Origin: Trichosphaerium sp. ATCC 40318
Taxonomy: Eukaryota > Protista > Tubulinea
Assembly (NCBI GenBank): GCA_038496445.1
Contig: JALMLS010000585.1
Coordinates: forward strand, 310,001-374,000
Direction: 5' to 3'
DNA: 64,000 nucleotides
The translations under genes and the position numbers were made by a program. The notes under the pieces are model-generated. The model was not told where the DNA came from, did no database searches, and saw only the letters and a program-made list of their open reading frames with translations. Shown piece after piece: positions 24,714 to 38,478 of the stretch (positions within the stretch are counted from its first letter, which is position 1; the number at the start of each line of letters is the position of its first letter).

Positions 24714-27700
24714 ATGTTGAAACTCCTGGCTTTGTGCCTTTTTGCAGTATTGGTTTCCTGTTACGAGCAGGCGTACTGGGATAGAGTAAATGATTATGAT
24801 GTTGCCATTGAAAGTACGTTTCGAGTTTTGGCTACAAGCTCTTGTTTTCGAGTGAAAAAGATAAACGAAGGGTTTTTATTAAGCATAATTTCTTGTAGTG
24901 GATCTTTCTCCAGCACGCTTCTCGAAGCGTAGTGGTGGCATTGAAAAACGTTTCGTAATCCATAAAGCGAACAACGAAAAGAAAGTATTCCGAGTAAGAT
25001 CGTATTCTGTGTTTGGTCCTGATGCCGAGGTAAGTGGTAGCATCTTGCTCGTAAATCTTTTTCCTGCTTAAAACAACGTATTTTAGATTGAAGTACAAGT
25101 CAATGGAACAATTACGAGTTACCCTCCACCCAGAAACGCATACAAGGGTATTGGAAGCAATCACCAAGATCTTCGTTTTATCGCTCATGAGGATGGTACC
25201 TTCTCAGGTGCTTTTGTCATTAATGGCGATAGAGTCGTATTTGACCTTGCTTCAAAGTACGCATAATTTTGCGTTGGCATGATTTACAAAAAAAAAAATT
25301 TCAACACGTGTTTGTTGAATACATTTTTCAAAAAAAATTAAGGAAGATTTGTTTCTGGTTTGTTTACACTTCTACGCATTCAAATCCTACGTTTTCTGCT
25401 CAAAAATAATGTTTTATAAGCGTAATAAAACGCAAGGTGTTTTTGTGGGGTGGGTAGAAAATAGAAGAACGATTTGAGCAAATGCTTGGAAAAACTTGGT
25501 TATTTTGCATGGCTTACCTCGTTTTTTAAGTCACAAATCATTTATGAGCAAGAGACATGTAGAAAAACTTGCTGAAGGGAAATACGTACTCATCAGGTGC
25601 TGGCTATTGTTGATGCAGAACCAACTCTAACTTATTTGTTAGAGAAAGCATGATGGATCCAGATACTCGGAAACATTCATGCGGCAGTGGAGGTCATACA
25701 CATAGCGCTATACCTAAGAGGTAACCAACATCAAGCATATTCTTGGTATTTATTCGTTTTTCGTTAGGATGGTAGAAGACCAATCAATAGTTCCACGTTT
25801 GACATCTGTTGCACCATCTCCTTGTCCTCAAACAAATAAGCAATTGTTGCAAGTAAGTAACCCCTTTGTTATATTTAGGATTATTTTTAAACCGTTTTAG
25901 GGTGTTATTACAGATGCTGGGTTCGTTGCAAAGTTGGGTGGGAGACAACCATCGATTGACTTCATTGAGCAAGGTACCTTGTTATCATTCGTGCTTGTTC
26001 TCCTTTCCGTGCTAAGAAATTGATTTTAAATTAGTATGGATGGACATGAACGTGTACTATGAAAGAGAATTTGTACGCTTTTACTTTTACCCCTTTGTTT
26101 GTTTTTGTACCTGCTAATGTAACTTAGAATGTTCATCTCACAATTGAGTCCCTTCAAATCAATGAATCACCTGGCGGTCCAATTTGGAATACACTTGATA
26201 CCAGTTGTCCTCCTATAGAAACAAAACTGAATCAAATCTCAGTTTGGAAAGAAGATAACAAACCTGGCGCAGGTCTTCTTCATCTCATGACAAACTGTTA
26301 TGAGTTAAAGAATGGCCAACGTGGCACAGTAGGATATGCTGGCGTGGGTGTACTCTGTAGAGAGGTACATATCAGATAGAAAATATTGTTTATTCTATTG
26401 TCTTGTTGTATTAACGTCAATTTGTTAGACTGGCGCAGGTGTTTCAAATCATTTGAATAGTCAACACGCAGCTCATCGTATTGTTGGTCACGAAACTGGT
26501 CACAACTTTGGTTGTAATCATGACAACGCTACTGGAGGTAAGATTATTGAAAACAAACCAAAACAAACAATTACTTTCTAGGTATGATGTTTCCAAGTGT
26601 AAACAACAGAGCGTATGTTATGTTCTCTTTTTGAAGCTCACTTCTTCATTTCTTGGCTTACCTTTGTTAACAATGCTTTATTTAGTTCAACGGACTATGA
26701 TCGGTTTTCCCAATTTAGCATTGCTCAAGCTTGTGATCATATCAGTTCAATTAATTGCCTTGCCGATTTTGACTCAGGATGCACTGTTTCTTGTGGAACA
26801 AAAGAATGTGGTCCAAGTAACTGTGTTGGAAGGCTATGCGGAGTCTGTGAAGGTCTTAACGAATGTAAGAATGGACAATGTGTTCCATGTGATCAACAAT
26901 GCGGTACCAAAGAATGTGGTCCAGATGCTTGCGGTAACAGTGACGGTTGTGGCACTTGTGCTTCAGGACGTCAATGCAGAAATGATAAGTGTGAGGTTAT
27001 ACCTCCTTTTCCTCAAGATGTTCTTCAAGTTGTAAATGATGAAAGGTACTCCAAGAGATTTAAGTCCTCAAAATCTTATTTATTAACACTTTTTGCAGAG
27101 CTTTGTACGATCTTAATGCGGTTGAATGGGACGCAGATTTACTTTCTCAAGTTAATGAATACTTGGCTACTTGCAACGAAGGCCTAAAACGTTATTCAAT
27201 TGGTGGCGATATAAATGAAGGTGGTAATAGTGAGTTTAACATTGCCAGTGAACTTGCCAAGATGATAAAGCAAAAAACTTTTTGGACTTGTGATACTGAT
27301 GTAATTGATACGTCTGATGGCTACGCAGATTACTATATATGGCGATACAAGTACTTACAAAGCCTCAAACAACCATTTACTTTTATTTTGAATCTAACAT
27401 TTTTATTTGCAAGGATCATTGTTTCTGACAGGCAGACCAAACTGGCATGTAGTCAACGTCAATGTGGTGACAAACACCTAATGTATTGTGCATTCTCTCG
27501 ATTCCAAAATTACAACACAAGACCATTTCCTGTAGATCAGTGTAGTAAGTAAACAAAACCAAATCAACAATTTTATAGCATTTCATTCTGATAATGAACA
27601 GACACTGAATGCACAAATACCCGTAATCCAGACGTTTGTACAGAAAGAGGACAGAATTGTGGTTCTGCTTTCAATGGATGTGAATATATTTCTTGTGGAT

Positions 27701-29901
27701 CTTGTAGTGGTCCAAACACGTGTTCTTCTGAAGGTAGACAACAGTCTTTTATAGTTTTGATTGCTTACTTTTGTACAGGTCGTTGTGAGTGTACTCCATC
27801 CAATACTTGTTCTGGAGCTTGTGGCATGCTTAACGACGGATGTGGAACTACTCTCAATTGCGGAGGTTGCCAGGCAGGCCAAGAATGTGAAAATAATCTT
27901 TGTGTTACACCGTACGACCAACCAAACACTATTCATAGCTTCGGTGCTAAAACTATATTTAGACCACCTGATCCACTTACACCCGCAGAATGTGATGAAC
28001 TTTGTACAACAAGAAACATCGAGTGTGGTGGTGTTACTGAATGTCCCGGACATGTTTGTGGTGATTGTGTAAGTGGCGAAATGTGTTCAAACTTCCAATG
28101 TGTCACATGTCAAGGATGTCATGCTCAAGCAACATGTGATCTATCTGGCTCAACTCCACAATGTAAATGTGTGACTGGATACGAAGGAGATGGAAGAGAC
28201 TGCAACCCAAAACCTATCAATGAGAAACCATCTTTTAAAACGTTTAAAATAGGATCGGATGCCAATTGGAGGTAACTAAAGATTGTTTCTTGTTAAAATC
28301 ACATGTTCTTACTTTTTTCAAGAATATTTCAAGAAGGCGCCATCAAGAATTCTATTGATTTAGTAAACGCACCAAGTCCACATTGCATCCGATGGGAAGG
28401 GTACGTTTTAGCTTTCAGCTGTTTCAACTGTTGTTCAACGGTTCTAACTTGGCTTGTTAACTTTATTTGTAGTACTGAAGAAATCCTTCCTGGTGGTACC
28501 ATGACTATTGGTGTATCAGTTCTAAGAAGCGATGAAACCACTTTTGCTGCTATTGGATATGGGTAAGTGTTGAGTAACAGAGTCACAAGCTATTTTCAAA
28601 TAACACTGCCTGTAGTATGGGTAATACACAATTCCCAGACGCTATACTGATGTTGTACATTGAACCTGAGAGCAGCACCCAAATGAGAGTTGGTCAAACA
28701 TACTACTGGGGACAACGTGTACGAAAAAAAGTAGAAAGGCGAGTTTTGAGATGTGTAACTGTTTCATAGGGCTCATTGAATTACGAAACTGTAGATTGGG
28801 CGGTAGGTGATTGGAAAGATATTAAAATGTCAGTGGAAGCTGATGGCGGAACACGAACCCGAACTACTATCGCTGGAACTAACTTCGTATGCTATAAAAC
28901 AACCCAACTTGATCTAATGTTTCTTGCGAAGGTCTATGATTTCACATTTACTGTCAACCCAGATGGTGGTGCTGTTGGTTTTGTGGTGAAGGCTCTGCTT
29001 TCTTTAAGGACGTTTTACTCCTTACAGAGTCAAAACTTGAGTTTGTTATTTCTGGTTGTCCAACTGAAGAATTTGTGCGACAACGTCTCAACACAATGCT
29101 TGGTATTACAGATGCTCAACTTTCAGATATGACCTTGGTTGGCTCTGGTTGTACTTCATCAAAAAGACAAGCCGCTGCAGGTGCAACAACAGCTGTTTCA
29201 GTGAATGTTGTTGGTACTAAGAGTGTATCTTCAATATCAATTGTTTCGAATTTACAAAACATCATCACATCCGGTTCAAACATTGCTTCTGCAAGTGGTA
29301 TTGTTCCTTCATCAAGTATGTCAACCATTTTATTTCATAGTAAATCTACGGATAATTAATTATTTGACTAGTTGTGGTGTCGTCCGTACCTGTTGCTGCA
29401 GCAACACCAGCTGTAGCTATTACTGCAGTTGGTGGAGCTGGTGCAGCCACTACTTCTGGTGGTCTTGGTGCTGGCGCTATTGCCGGTATCGCTATAGGAT
29501 CTGTTGTCGGTATTGCTGTTATAGCTGCTGCAATTGGTGGTGTAGTTTATGCCTCAAAGAAACAAGATGTCCATGTACGTAGAAGTATACACTACAGTTT
29601 GGCTATGATTTGTTCTTACATATTCTTGTTTAGACTTCTGAGACACCTCAATCGAATACTTCTCCAGGTGTAACAATGTCAAATGATACCAAGCGAGAAG
29701 ATGCTTCTGCTAGAGATGGTGTTAACGTGATGGGAGGTCCAAAACGACCAGATGGACCTTCCATTACTGCTAGAAATCAAAATGTTGTTGTAAGTCCTAA
29801 TTGAGCACACGAACTGTAACTTGTAGAACAGACAGGCCAGGTGGCTCTATATCACAATAAATCAGTCATATGAAAAACTTTTCAGTTTTTGTAGCATGTA
29901 G
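24714..29901 (+). CDS. Membrane-anchored M12B (reprolysin/ADAM-like) metalloprotease with Cys-rich repeats, CAP/SCP-like domain, EGF domain and TM
   Basis: Signal peptide; HETGHNFGCNHD at 26489-26524 followed by spliced Met-turn GGMMFP; CGxxxCGxxCGxC repeats; CAP-like VLQVVNDER...VEWDADL...TKLACSQRQC...MYCAF; EGF CHAQATC...CKCVTGYEGDGRDC; TM GAIAGIAIGSVVGIAVIAAAIGGVVY. The 3' end is approximate. Confidence 0.82.
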
Positions 29902-30474
29902 TTTGCGCTATAAACGCGCAGCAGATAGATAAACCATACGTTTATTTCAGCATTAGCACATACAAAGATTTCCATTCCAAGGAAACATTGATTATTTTAC
30001 ACTCACAAACCTGGTTTGCTGCTATTCAGACAGAATGTTACATTGTATCAAAGTGTACTTTGTTTTTTTCTGTCTGTGCCTATTGTCTTTTAAGTAAGTT
30101 TTCGCTTATTTATCATCACCTCCTATAATGAGCAATTGTCCCTCGAAGTGTCATGTGTCTTTAACAATAACATTGCTTTTACATTTATTAGAACCAAGTA
30201 CGTTGTTGCTGTCAGCCATATTAATTGAGTTGATTCACCTTCGGTTGAGTTCCTGTTTCAAACGCTCGAAATGTTTTCACGAAGGCAACATTTATCAGGA
30301 AGTCTAGCACCAGCTACGTGTTTGTTAAAACGACGAATAGTAACAAATAAGCTTGTATTTTTTTAAAGTCTTGATTCCAAAACGACTTTTAGTGGAAAAA
30401 ATATGGCACGTGACCAAGTTCAAATTTATGTACACTTCGTAAAAAAAGATTCACTAAGACTTTCGCAACGTTAG

Positions 30475-32224
30475 ATGCCATACATAGTTAGCTTACTGTT
30501 ATTAGCTTCTTTTAGTTTAGTTTTGTCATACACGCCGTATGAACCAGAAACAAAACAATGTTTGAGTGATATTGGTCTGTACCCAACAGGCACGTATTGA
30601 ATTACCTTCACGAAGCCTCTGTTAACGAAAATGAGTCAGGAGTCGATGATGATTTCGTTCATCTCCCTGTACAATCACCTCAAGTTCGTGACACGCACTG
30701 GCGTATTTGTAACAGCACAGTACCAGAATTTTCGAATTGTTTTGGAGATGGTGTACCTGATCTTCAAGGCTGTTGTTCATCGTACAGTCTACCTGAATTA
30801 ACGGGAAGCTATATTCATCCTGTAAACTTTACAAGCTTCAAACCTGTACGCTATGATTTTGTCACGCATTTTGTAATCAAACAACAATAGAGTTCTTGGA
30901 TAACATTGCAAGGCTGGGGATCCTATACAGGATATTCTGAATTTTCAACAGCGTTTCAAGTTGAAGCGGAGCATGGTGAACATTTTAATTGTTAAGCGAA
31001 AGTTGTTTGTTTATTATCTTCGTAGAATGCAGTTTAACACTGAGGATCTGGGGAGATAATCTTATTGAAAGGGTCACATTGGATAATGAGGATATTCCAT
31101 TCACTTTCAATCCCAGTCACTACCCTTTTGAAATGAGCAATAGCTTTAATTTGATTACAGGGTCTGGAAGCCACACTGTAAGCGTTACTTTGTACGATGA
31201 CGGCATAATTGGAGGACTTCTTATATCAATTTCATCGTGTTCTTGTGCACTGCCTCAACAACCAACTAAACCTCCTACTCGTGTACCCACACAACAGCCA
31301 AGTGAACCTCCTACCCGTATACCTACTCAGCAACCAACCGAGCCACCTTCCCTTATGCCTACTCAGCAACCAACTGAACCTCCAACCAGCGTACCTACTC
31401 AGCAACCAACTGAGATGCCATCTGAAGCACCCACAGAGGCACCATCAATAGCAACAAGCACGTTTCTTTTTGATATTAAACGAGTTTGTATTTTAGTGTT
31501 TTTAATGTTATCTAGTATTATGTGAAGAAATCACTTGCCTTCAATGCAATGATACTGATCAAGGTTGCTCACTCGATGGAGATTACTTGATATCTTCTGA
31601 TCAAGATTCGCCTTTGATAGTATCAAAACCAACAATCATAAACGGAGACTTAACAAATAGCGGTAATGTGATATTGGTGCTTGGTCAAACAGAGAATCTA
31701 TTGAATGTATCAGGTACTGCTAATTTATCGAATACGTACACTCTGAATACTTCCAATTTACTCAACTCTATTAGGTTGTGTGTCAATATTACCAAACAGT
31801 TCACTTTCGATTGATGTATCAAGTCATCTGACAAGAGAATCGATGTTATTATTTCTCCATGTTTCAATGGAAGCGCTGAAATAATAAATCAAGCCAATGA
31901 ATGTGCTGACGTCAAACCAGAACAACATAGCAGAGGGTATTTCTTATCAAACCTGCATATCCCCTTTAACTCAATACAACAGGCTTGCAATATTGATAGA
32001 TACAAGGGATTGCTCAAATAATGTGGGAATCATAGTTGGGGCGACAGTTGGTGCAGTAGTATTGGCACGTGAAAAAAAACCACTTAAACTGTCTTTTTTC
32101 TAACTGCTGTTTAAAGGCTATTTTGCTTTTTATTTTGGTTGCATTCCTTGTTCCTGGAGTAAGAAGAGCAGTTTTGCCATGGAACTTAATAGAGATGACT
32201 ACTGATCCAACGCTAGAAAATTGA
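30475..32224 (+). pseudogene. Paralogue 2 of the Pro/Thr-stalk membrane protein, with a 10-bp frameshifting deletion (pseudogene or secreted variant)
   Basis: Lacks CAATGTAGAC at ~31820 relative to copies 1 and 3, giving a premature TAA at 31882-31884 before the TM exon. Confidence 0.7.
31250..31450 (+). repeat. Expanded (PTQQPTEPPTxx)n coding tandem repeat
   Basis: About 5 units of a 36-bp repeat, versus about 2-3 in the paralogues. Confidence 0.8.
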
Positions 32225-33312
32225 ATAATAAAAAGAAACAGTCTTGATTACCTTTTAGCTCATATTTGAGTTACTTGAACCATATCATTCCTCAAGTTCC
32301 TGCAGTGGCATTGTAGTGCGTTATATGCAGATCCAAACTTGGCTGTAAAAGCACATGTAGCTCATCTCAAAAAAAAAGTATTGTTGATGCCAAAGATTTT
32401 CCGTACTAGTTGTACGAAACGGTTTTTTGAGATGAGTTGCACGTGCGTTACGGCTATGTTTAGATCTGCACATGCAATGCACTACAATAGCGCTTTGGAA
32501 ACAGTGTTACATTTGTACTGTAAAAAAAACAAAATCTGTGGGAACCACCCAAGACGACTCGTCTAGTAGCTTTAACTAGGTTTTGACGCGAATAAAACAA
32601 TTCTGTTATGGTACAAAATAGTTAACAGCAAAAATACGCAATTTTTCTAGCTTTACAATAAAAGGCGTCCCTCAAATAATAGATATGTTATCTACTACAT
32701 TAGTGCTAAGCGATAAAAGGCAGTTTTAAAAAAATTGAGATTGTTACTTTGAGCAGCTCCCATTGTAAAACTCCTCGTACAAATGAGGTTTTAAACCGTC
32801 CTTAAATGTGATACACCACGTTCCACAAGGTATTTTAGAGTTTTCTACGTTGTTCATAAATTAGACCTGCCGTAAAAGGAATAGCAAACAACGATGCTAC
32901 TAACACTACCAATATACTCACAATTGCAGTTTAAAAATCGTATCACTTCGAATAATCACGTGACCGGCGAAAAAAAAAAAGCAATCTTCAAAAAAGGCAA
33001 AATCAGACGGCTTTACTCAAAAGGTATACGCACTTATAATATACTACTAAATAACTGCCAATTATATGTTAATGTTATGACGTTTGAATTCACACCGGGA
33101 TTCACACCGGGGGAAAAGATCATGACGTGTTCAAACGTTATACCCTAATTTACGTATTATCTTGTTTGGTGTCCACGTATAAACATGTTGTCTTGGTAGT
33201 ATTGAAAAATAAAAAGACCACACAGTGTGCGAACTAAAACAAACAAGTTTTCGTATTTATTATTACATTTCGAGATTTTCTTAGACATTTACTGAGACAT
33301 TCGCAACGTTAG

Positions 33313-35062
33313 ATGCCATACATTGTTAGCTTACTTTCTCTACTTTCTTTTAGTTTAGTCTTATCATACTCGCCGTATGAACCAGAAACAAAACAATGTT
33401 TGAGTGATATTGGTCTGTACCCAACAGGCACGTATTGAATTACCTTCACGAAGCCTCTGTTAACGAAAATGAGTCAGGTGTTGATGATGATTTCGTTCAT
33501 CTGCCTGTACAATCACCTCAAGTTCGCGACACGCACTGGCATATTTGTAACAGCACAATACCTGAATTTTCTAATTGTTTTGGAGATGGCGCACCTGATC
33601 TTCAAGGCTGCTGTTCATCGTATAGTCTACCGCATTTAGACACGTTCTTTATTCATCCTGTGAACTTTACAAGCTTCAAACCTGTACGTTTCAACTCTGT
33701 CTACGTGGAACGTATTACGAAATGACGAGATCTATTCATCACGTGGTCATACACGAACGATATTTTTAATCTACAGCAGATTATTGAATTTTTATTCTAA
33801 AATTACTATAGAGCTCTTGGATAACATGGCAAGGTTTTGGTAACCATACAGGATTCGCAAACTTTTCAACAACATTTCAAGTTGAACAGGATTATGGTGA
33901 ACATTTTAATTTTTAAGCGAAAGTTGTTTGTTTATTATCTTCGTAGAATGCAGTTTAACACTGAGGATCTGGGTAGATAATATTATTGGAAGAGTGTCGT
34001 TGAATAATGAGGATATTCCACACACTTTCAATATCTTTCACGATCCGTATGAAAATAGTGATGACTTTAATTTGACTGCGAGTTCTGGAAACCACACTCT
34101 AAGCTTTAATGTGTTTGACTATGGCTCAATTGGAGGACTTCTTGTAACGTTTGAGTCGTGTTCTTGTGTAGTTCCTCAGCCACCAACCAGCATACCTACG
34201 CAACAACCAACTGAACCTCCAACCCGTACACCTACTCAACAGCCAACTGAGATGCCATCTGAAGCACCCACAGAGGCACCATCAATAGCAACAAGCACGT
34301 TTCTTTTGATATTAAACGAGTTTGTACTTTAGTGCGTTAATAATGTTATCTAGTATTATGTGAAGAAATCACTTGCCTTCAATGCAATGATACTGATCAA
34401 GGTTGCTCATTCGATGGAGACTACTTGATACCTTCTGATCAAGATTCGCCTTTGATAGTATCAAAACCAACAATCATAAACGGAGACTTAACAAATAGTG
34501 GTAATGTGATATTGGTGCTTGGTCAAACAGAGAATTTATTGAATGTATCAGGTAACACTGTTTGATTGTACACTCTGAATACTTCCAATTTACTCAACTC
34601 TATTAGGTTGTGTGTCAATATTACCAAATAGTTCACTTTCAATTGACGTCTCCAATGTAGACAAGTCATCTGACAAGAGAATCGATGTTATTATTTCTCC
34701 ATGTTTCAATGGAAGCGCTGAAATAATAAATCAAGCCAATGAATGTGCTGACGTCAAACCAGAACAACATAGCAGAGGGTATTTCTTATCAAACCTGCAT
34801 ATCCCCTTTAACTCAATACAACAGGCTTGCAATATTGATAGATACAAGGGATTGCTCAAATAATGTGGGAATCATAGTTGGGGCGACAGTTGGTGCAGTA
34901 GTATTGGCAAGTGAAAAAAACCGCATTCTCTCTTTTTTCTAACAGGTTTTAAAGGCTGTTTTACTTTTTATTTTGGTTGCATTCCTTGTTCCTGGAGTAA
35001 GAAGAGCAGTTTTGCCATGGAACTTAATAGAGATGACTACTGACCCATCGTTGGAAGGTTAA
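33313..35062 (+). CDS. Unknown type I membrane protein with Pro/Thr stalk, paralogue 3 of 3
   Basis: Same exon structure as copies 1 and 2; intact frame to TAA at 35060-35062. Confidence 0.8.
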
Positions 35063-35419
35063 CTATAAGTACAAAACAACTAAACAATGTTTGTGATGTT
35101 GCAGTGTTGATTATAGTGTTATAAATATCATTGCTTCTACCGCTTGTACTTGGAAAATACTCAAAGATTTTATCATCAAAACATGAAAATTGTTTTTCCA
35201 ACGTGAAGGTGCTCTATGTATTTCGAGTTTTTTAGGAGCGTGTAGTACGCCAAAAAATTATCTCGGTTAGCAAACTGAAGGTATTCAACAACTAGTTCTT
35301 TAGTTTTCAGAACACTTAAAAGCATAAACCTCTTTATAGTTTCTTTTGTTCAAGCGTCTTTCAAATTGAGTCTTGGTAAGTGGATAAGCGATTTTATAAT
35401 CCACACGTGAGATGAAATA

Positions 35420-37350
35420 ATGAGTCAAAAATCGGAAAAAACAAGGAAAAGTTAAAAAAACTGAGCGTTTAGTCTTTGAAAGATGTCATTGCAGAGCTGT
35501 TTGCCGAGTTACCAACAGACAAAAACTTGCTTATATTATCAACTTACCTTTGAAAACACTTTGAAGCAGTCAGAAATGTGGCGAATACTAGATGGTGATA
35601 ACTGCTGATACAGTATTGCAAATGTTTAACCACTTACAGGTGCACTCCAAGCTGAAATCACTGGAAAATTCCAAGTAAGTTTGATCGTACAATCTAAATA
35701 CATGATATCAGTACAACTTGTGAGCATTGCAAGACATAGACAAAATCTTTCCAAACAAAATTGAACCTTTGACCATCAACCAATCAAGAGACGTCATCCT
35801 AAAGTCACCTTATTGAACACCATATCATTTACCTACCAGAAAAGAAATAACCAATAATCATAGTTATATGCACGAGGTGCAGTGATTGTGGGAATTATCA
35901 CTGGTGTTTCGATGAAAAGATCTTTCCCAAGCTTGCCAAGTTTGCGTATTTTTCACTATGGAATTCAATACTATCACAATACATAACAGTACTTGTTCCC
36001 TTTCACATGCTATATTTCAGCATCCACCTCTAACATCAACGAAGTATTTTTTGCTACTATCTACTAGGAGGAGCTTCAATAGTTTTGTTGCGTGTCTACC
36101 CATTCTACTAAGGTCACTTGTTAAAGATTCTGGTCCACCTGTTTCAAACACAAAGGACTCTCTTTAAATAGCTTAAAACCACGTTTCTTCGGAAGCCTGA
36201 CTACAAAATACATACACTTGCTTGTTGTAATGGCTATAGCCATTGGTGTTACTAAATACGTAGTATGCACGGGAAATGATAACAGGTTCTTGAAATCTAG
36301 CGATACATATCTAATTACACTTAGATTCCTTTACGACTTGCTATCAAGGGAACCATTATGGATTTTAGAGTCAGTGGAGGAAAATAACAGCCAATACTGG
36401 AAAGCGAGAACAAAACGTGGACGAGTTGGATTAATACCAAAGAGTCATGTATTGGTGTATTGGAGAGACAGTGATTCGTACTTCTTTTCTTTGTACAATA
36501 CTACATGCTTTTACGTGGAAACGTGGCATTGGTACATTTTATAAGTGGGCAACCAATAGTTGGTTATTCGAATGTTGAACCACGCTACCAATGGCGTACA
36601 AAGAAGTCCATACAGCTGTAAGCCCAAATGTGGTCAAGAACACTTCCTTACGTACAGTTAATTAAGAGCTCATTCCGTCAATAAATCACGTTTTACAAAA
36701 AACAAAAGTCGATCACTGATAAATCTCGAAACCCAGAATAGCTACCAAGCCAAACCTAAGGGCACTCAGACCAAGTATCATATTGCACTAAGGCGGCAAA
36801 ATGAAAACGAATGGAATCTAAGTCCACGATTATATTTTGCATACAATTGGGACAGATCTAACGGCACGTGCATTCAATGTAATATTTTGCTTTTATTTTT
36901 CAATGCAAAAAAAGGTATTGTTACAAAGGCGACCTACAGAACACTGAATCTCCTTGATGAAAACGACAAAGTGGCTGTCAGAGACTTGAAAGGCACCCAT
37001 CTCCAAAACTTAATTCTGATCCTCTTTGTATTTCTTGTGGACACTTTTTTTCCAAGTATGTTTTTAAAACAATGTGGGCAATTCTCTAATAGGTACATGT
37101 TTAGATTCTGATACCGGGCAAAGAAAATGGGAGATAAACGTACTGATATCTGTGTTTTAGTATTTCGTTGACCTCACCAAGTTTTCTGTCAACATTTCAT
37201 ACACAAGAGTCGATTCAACAACATTGTATCTGTCGAAGCGCAGTTTTGACACGTCTTTTTTGAGAATCTCAAACTCTCTGATAGCCACTTTGTCATTTTA
37301 TCAAGGAGATTCAATGTTGCCGTTTTGATACCTCGCGCTTAAGAAACCTA
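35420..37350 (+). pseudogene. Degenerate gene containing an SH3 domain, with possible LRR remnant upstream and kinase N-lobe remnant downstream
   Basis: SH3-like REPLWILESVEENNSQYWKARTKRGRVGLIPKSHV (~36340-36455); flanking frames are broken by stops and shifts; GIVTKATY...KVAVRDLK resembles kinase subdomains I-II. Confidence 0.45.
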
Positions 37351-38014
37351 TGTTACAACATGAGTACTACCATCTGGATAAGCCTAACGGCGGTATTAAG
37401 ATTGAACACAGTGATTTGTGGATTAAAAGCGCTCTGACTGCCCAAAGAACTTAAAAAAAAAAACCAGCTCACTTTTTCCTTTAACAGATATACACCTTGG
37501 CGGTTACCACGTGTATCGCCCATCCAATACGTTAACAGCATTTTGAAAATTAGATAGATAAAAAGTAACTGTTTCGGAGTATAAATCGCACAATCACGTG
37601 GATAAAAACGTTTATGTCAAAAAATAAAAAAGTAAAAGTCAAAATAGTTCTTCAAACTGCCTTTTTTGTACATACCGCATTATGAGAACTCCGAGCCATA
37701 GTATGCCTTTGAGACTTAATTTTGCTTTGATGTGGCTGTTTCGTATTAAAGAGAACACTCGTATATTTGCGTCATTACGGCATAGAGTACGCCCATACAC
37801 CAAATTAATAGTAAACCATTACTGATAACTCCGTAGCTTCCAGCTTGCTTCCTTGGTACCTTACAATCCTAAAAAACTTTCTCAACAGTCACGTGTGAAT
37901 TATTGTCGCCGAACACTACTCACCCACACGACCTGTTTGGGCAACTCCGACGAATATTGTGCATCAACATCATACCCAAAAGTTAATCAACAATATACAA
38001 ACAACAACAACAGC

Positions 38015-38478
38015 ATGACAGCCTCTCAACGATCAATGATGGCTATTGACACTCTTGTATCACCTTGTCCTATTTCTCCAATCAATAATCGACAATATCC
38101 AATCAAACCAAAAACAATACGATTATCTACGCAGACGCAATACCAACGTAAGTTTTAGTTAAAAAAAATCAAAAAAAGAGAAAATTTTTCTTACTTCGTC
38201 ATCACCCACGTGATTTATCAACATGTCCTAAATAATTCTTAGATAACACTATGATTAATCCCAACACTGTCTCACAGTATTCCAAACAAAACCTACCTAA
38301 TTTCGCTTGTACAAGAGGGAACACAGCTGAGAGCGTCGAAACTAGCTGTAGATATCAAATGGAGCAGGGTGTCGTCGTGCCTAACTACAATAAGCATTAT
38401 AACAAAGAAGACGCTGATTTTTACATTTGGGAGTTTGCGCCTACAAGGTTACAACAACATGGCGCATTTTATGCTTAA
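38015..38478 (+). CDS. Small unknown protein A (2 exons, ~120 aa), homologue of 41634-42091
   Basis: MTASQRSMMAIDTLVSP...; GT-AG intron 38148-38242 joins in frame to ...YQMEQGVVVPNYNKHYNKEDADFYIWEFAP... Confidence 0.65.

Noticed and set aside
33088-33111. 12-bp tandem duplication ATTCACACCGGG x2
   Set aside because: Isolated micro-duplication with no element context.
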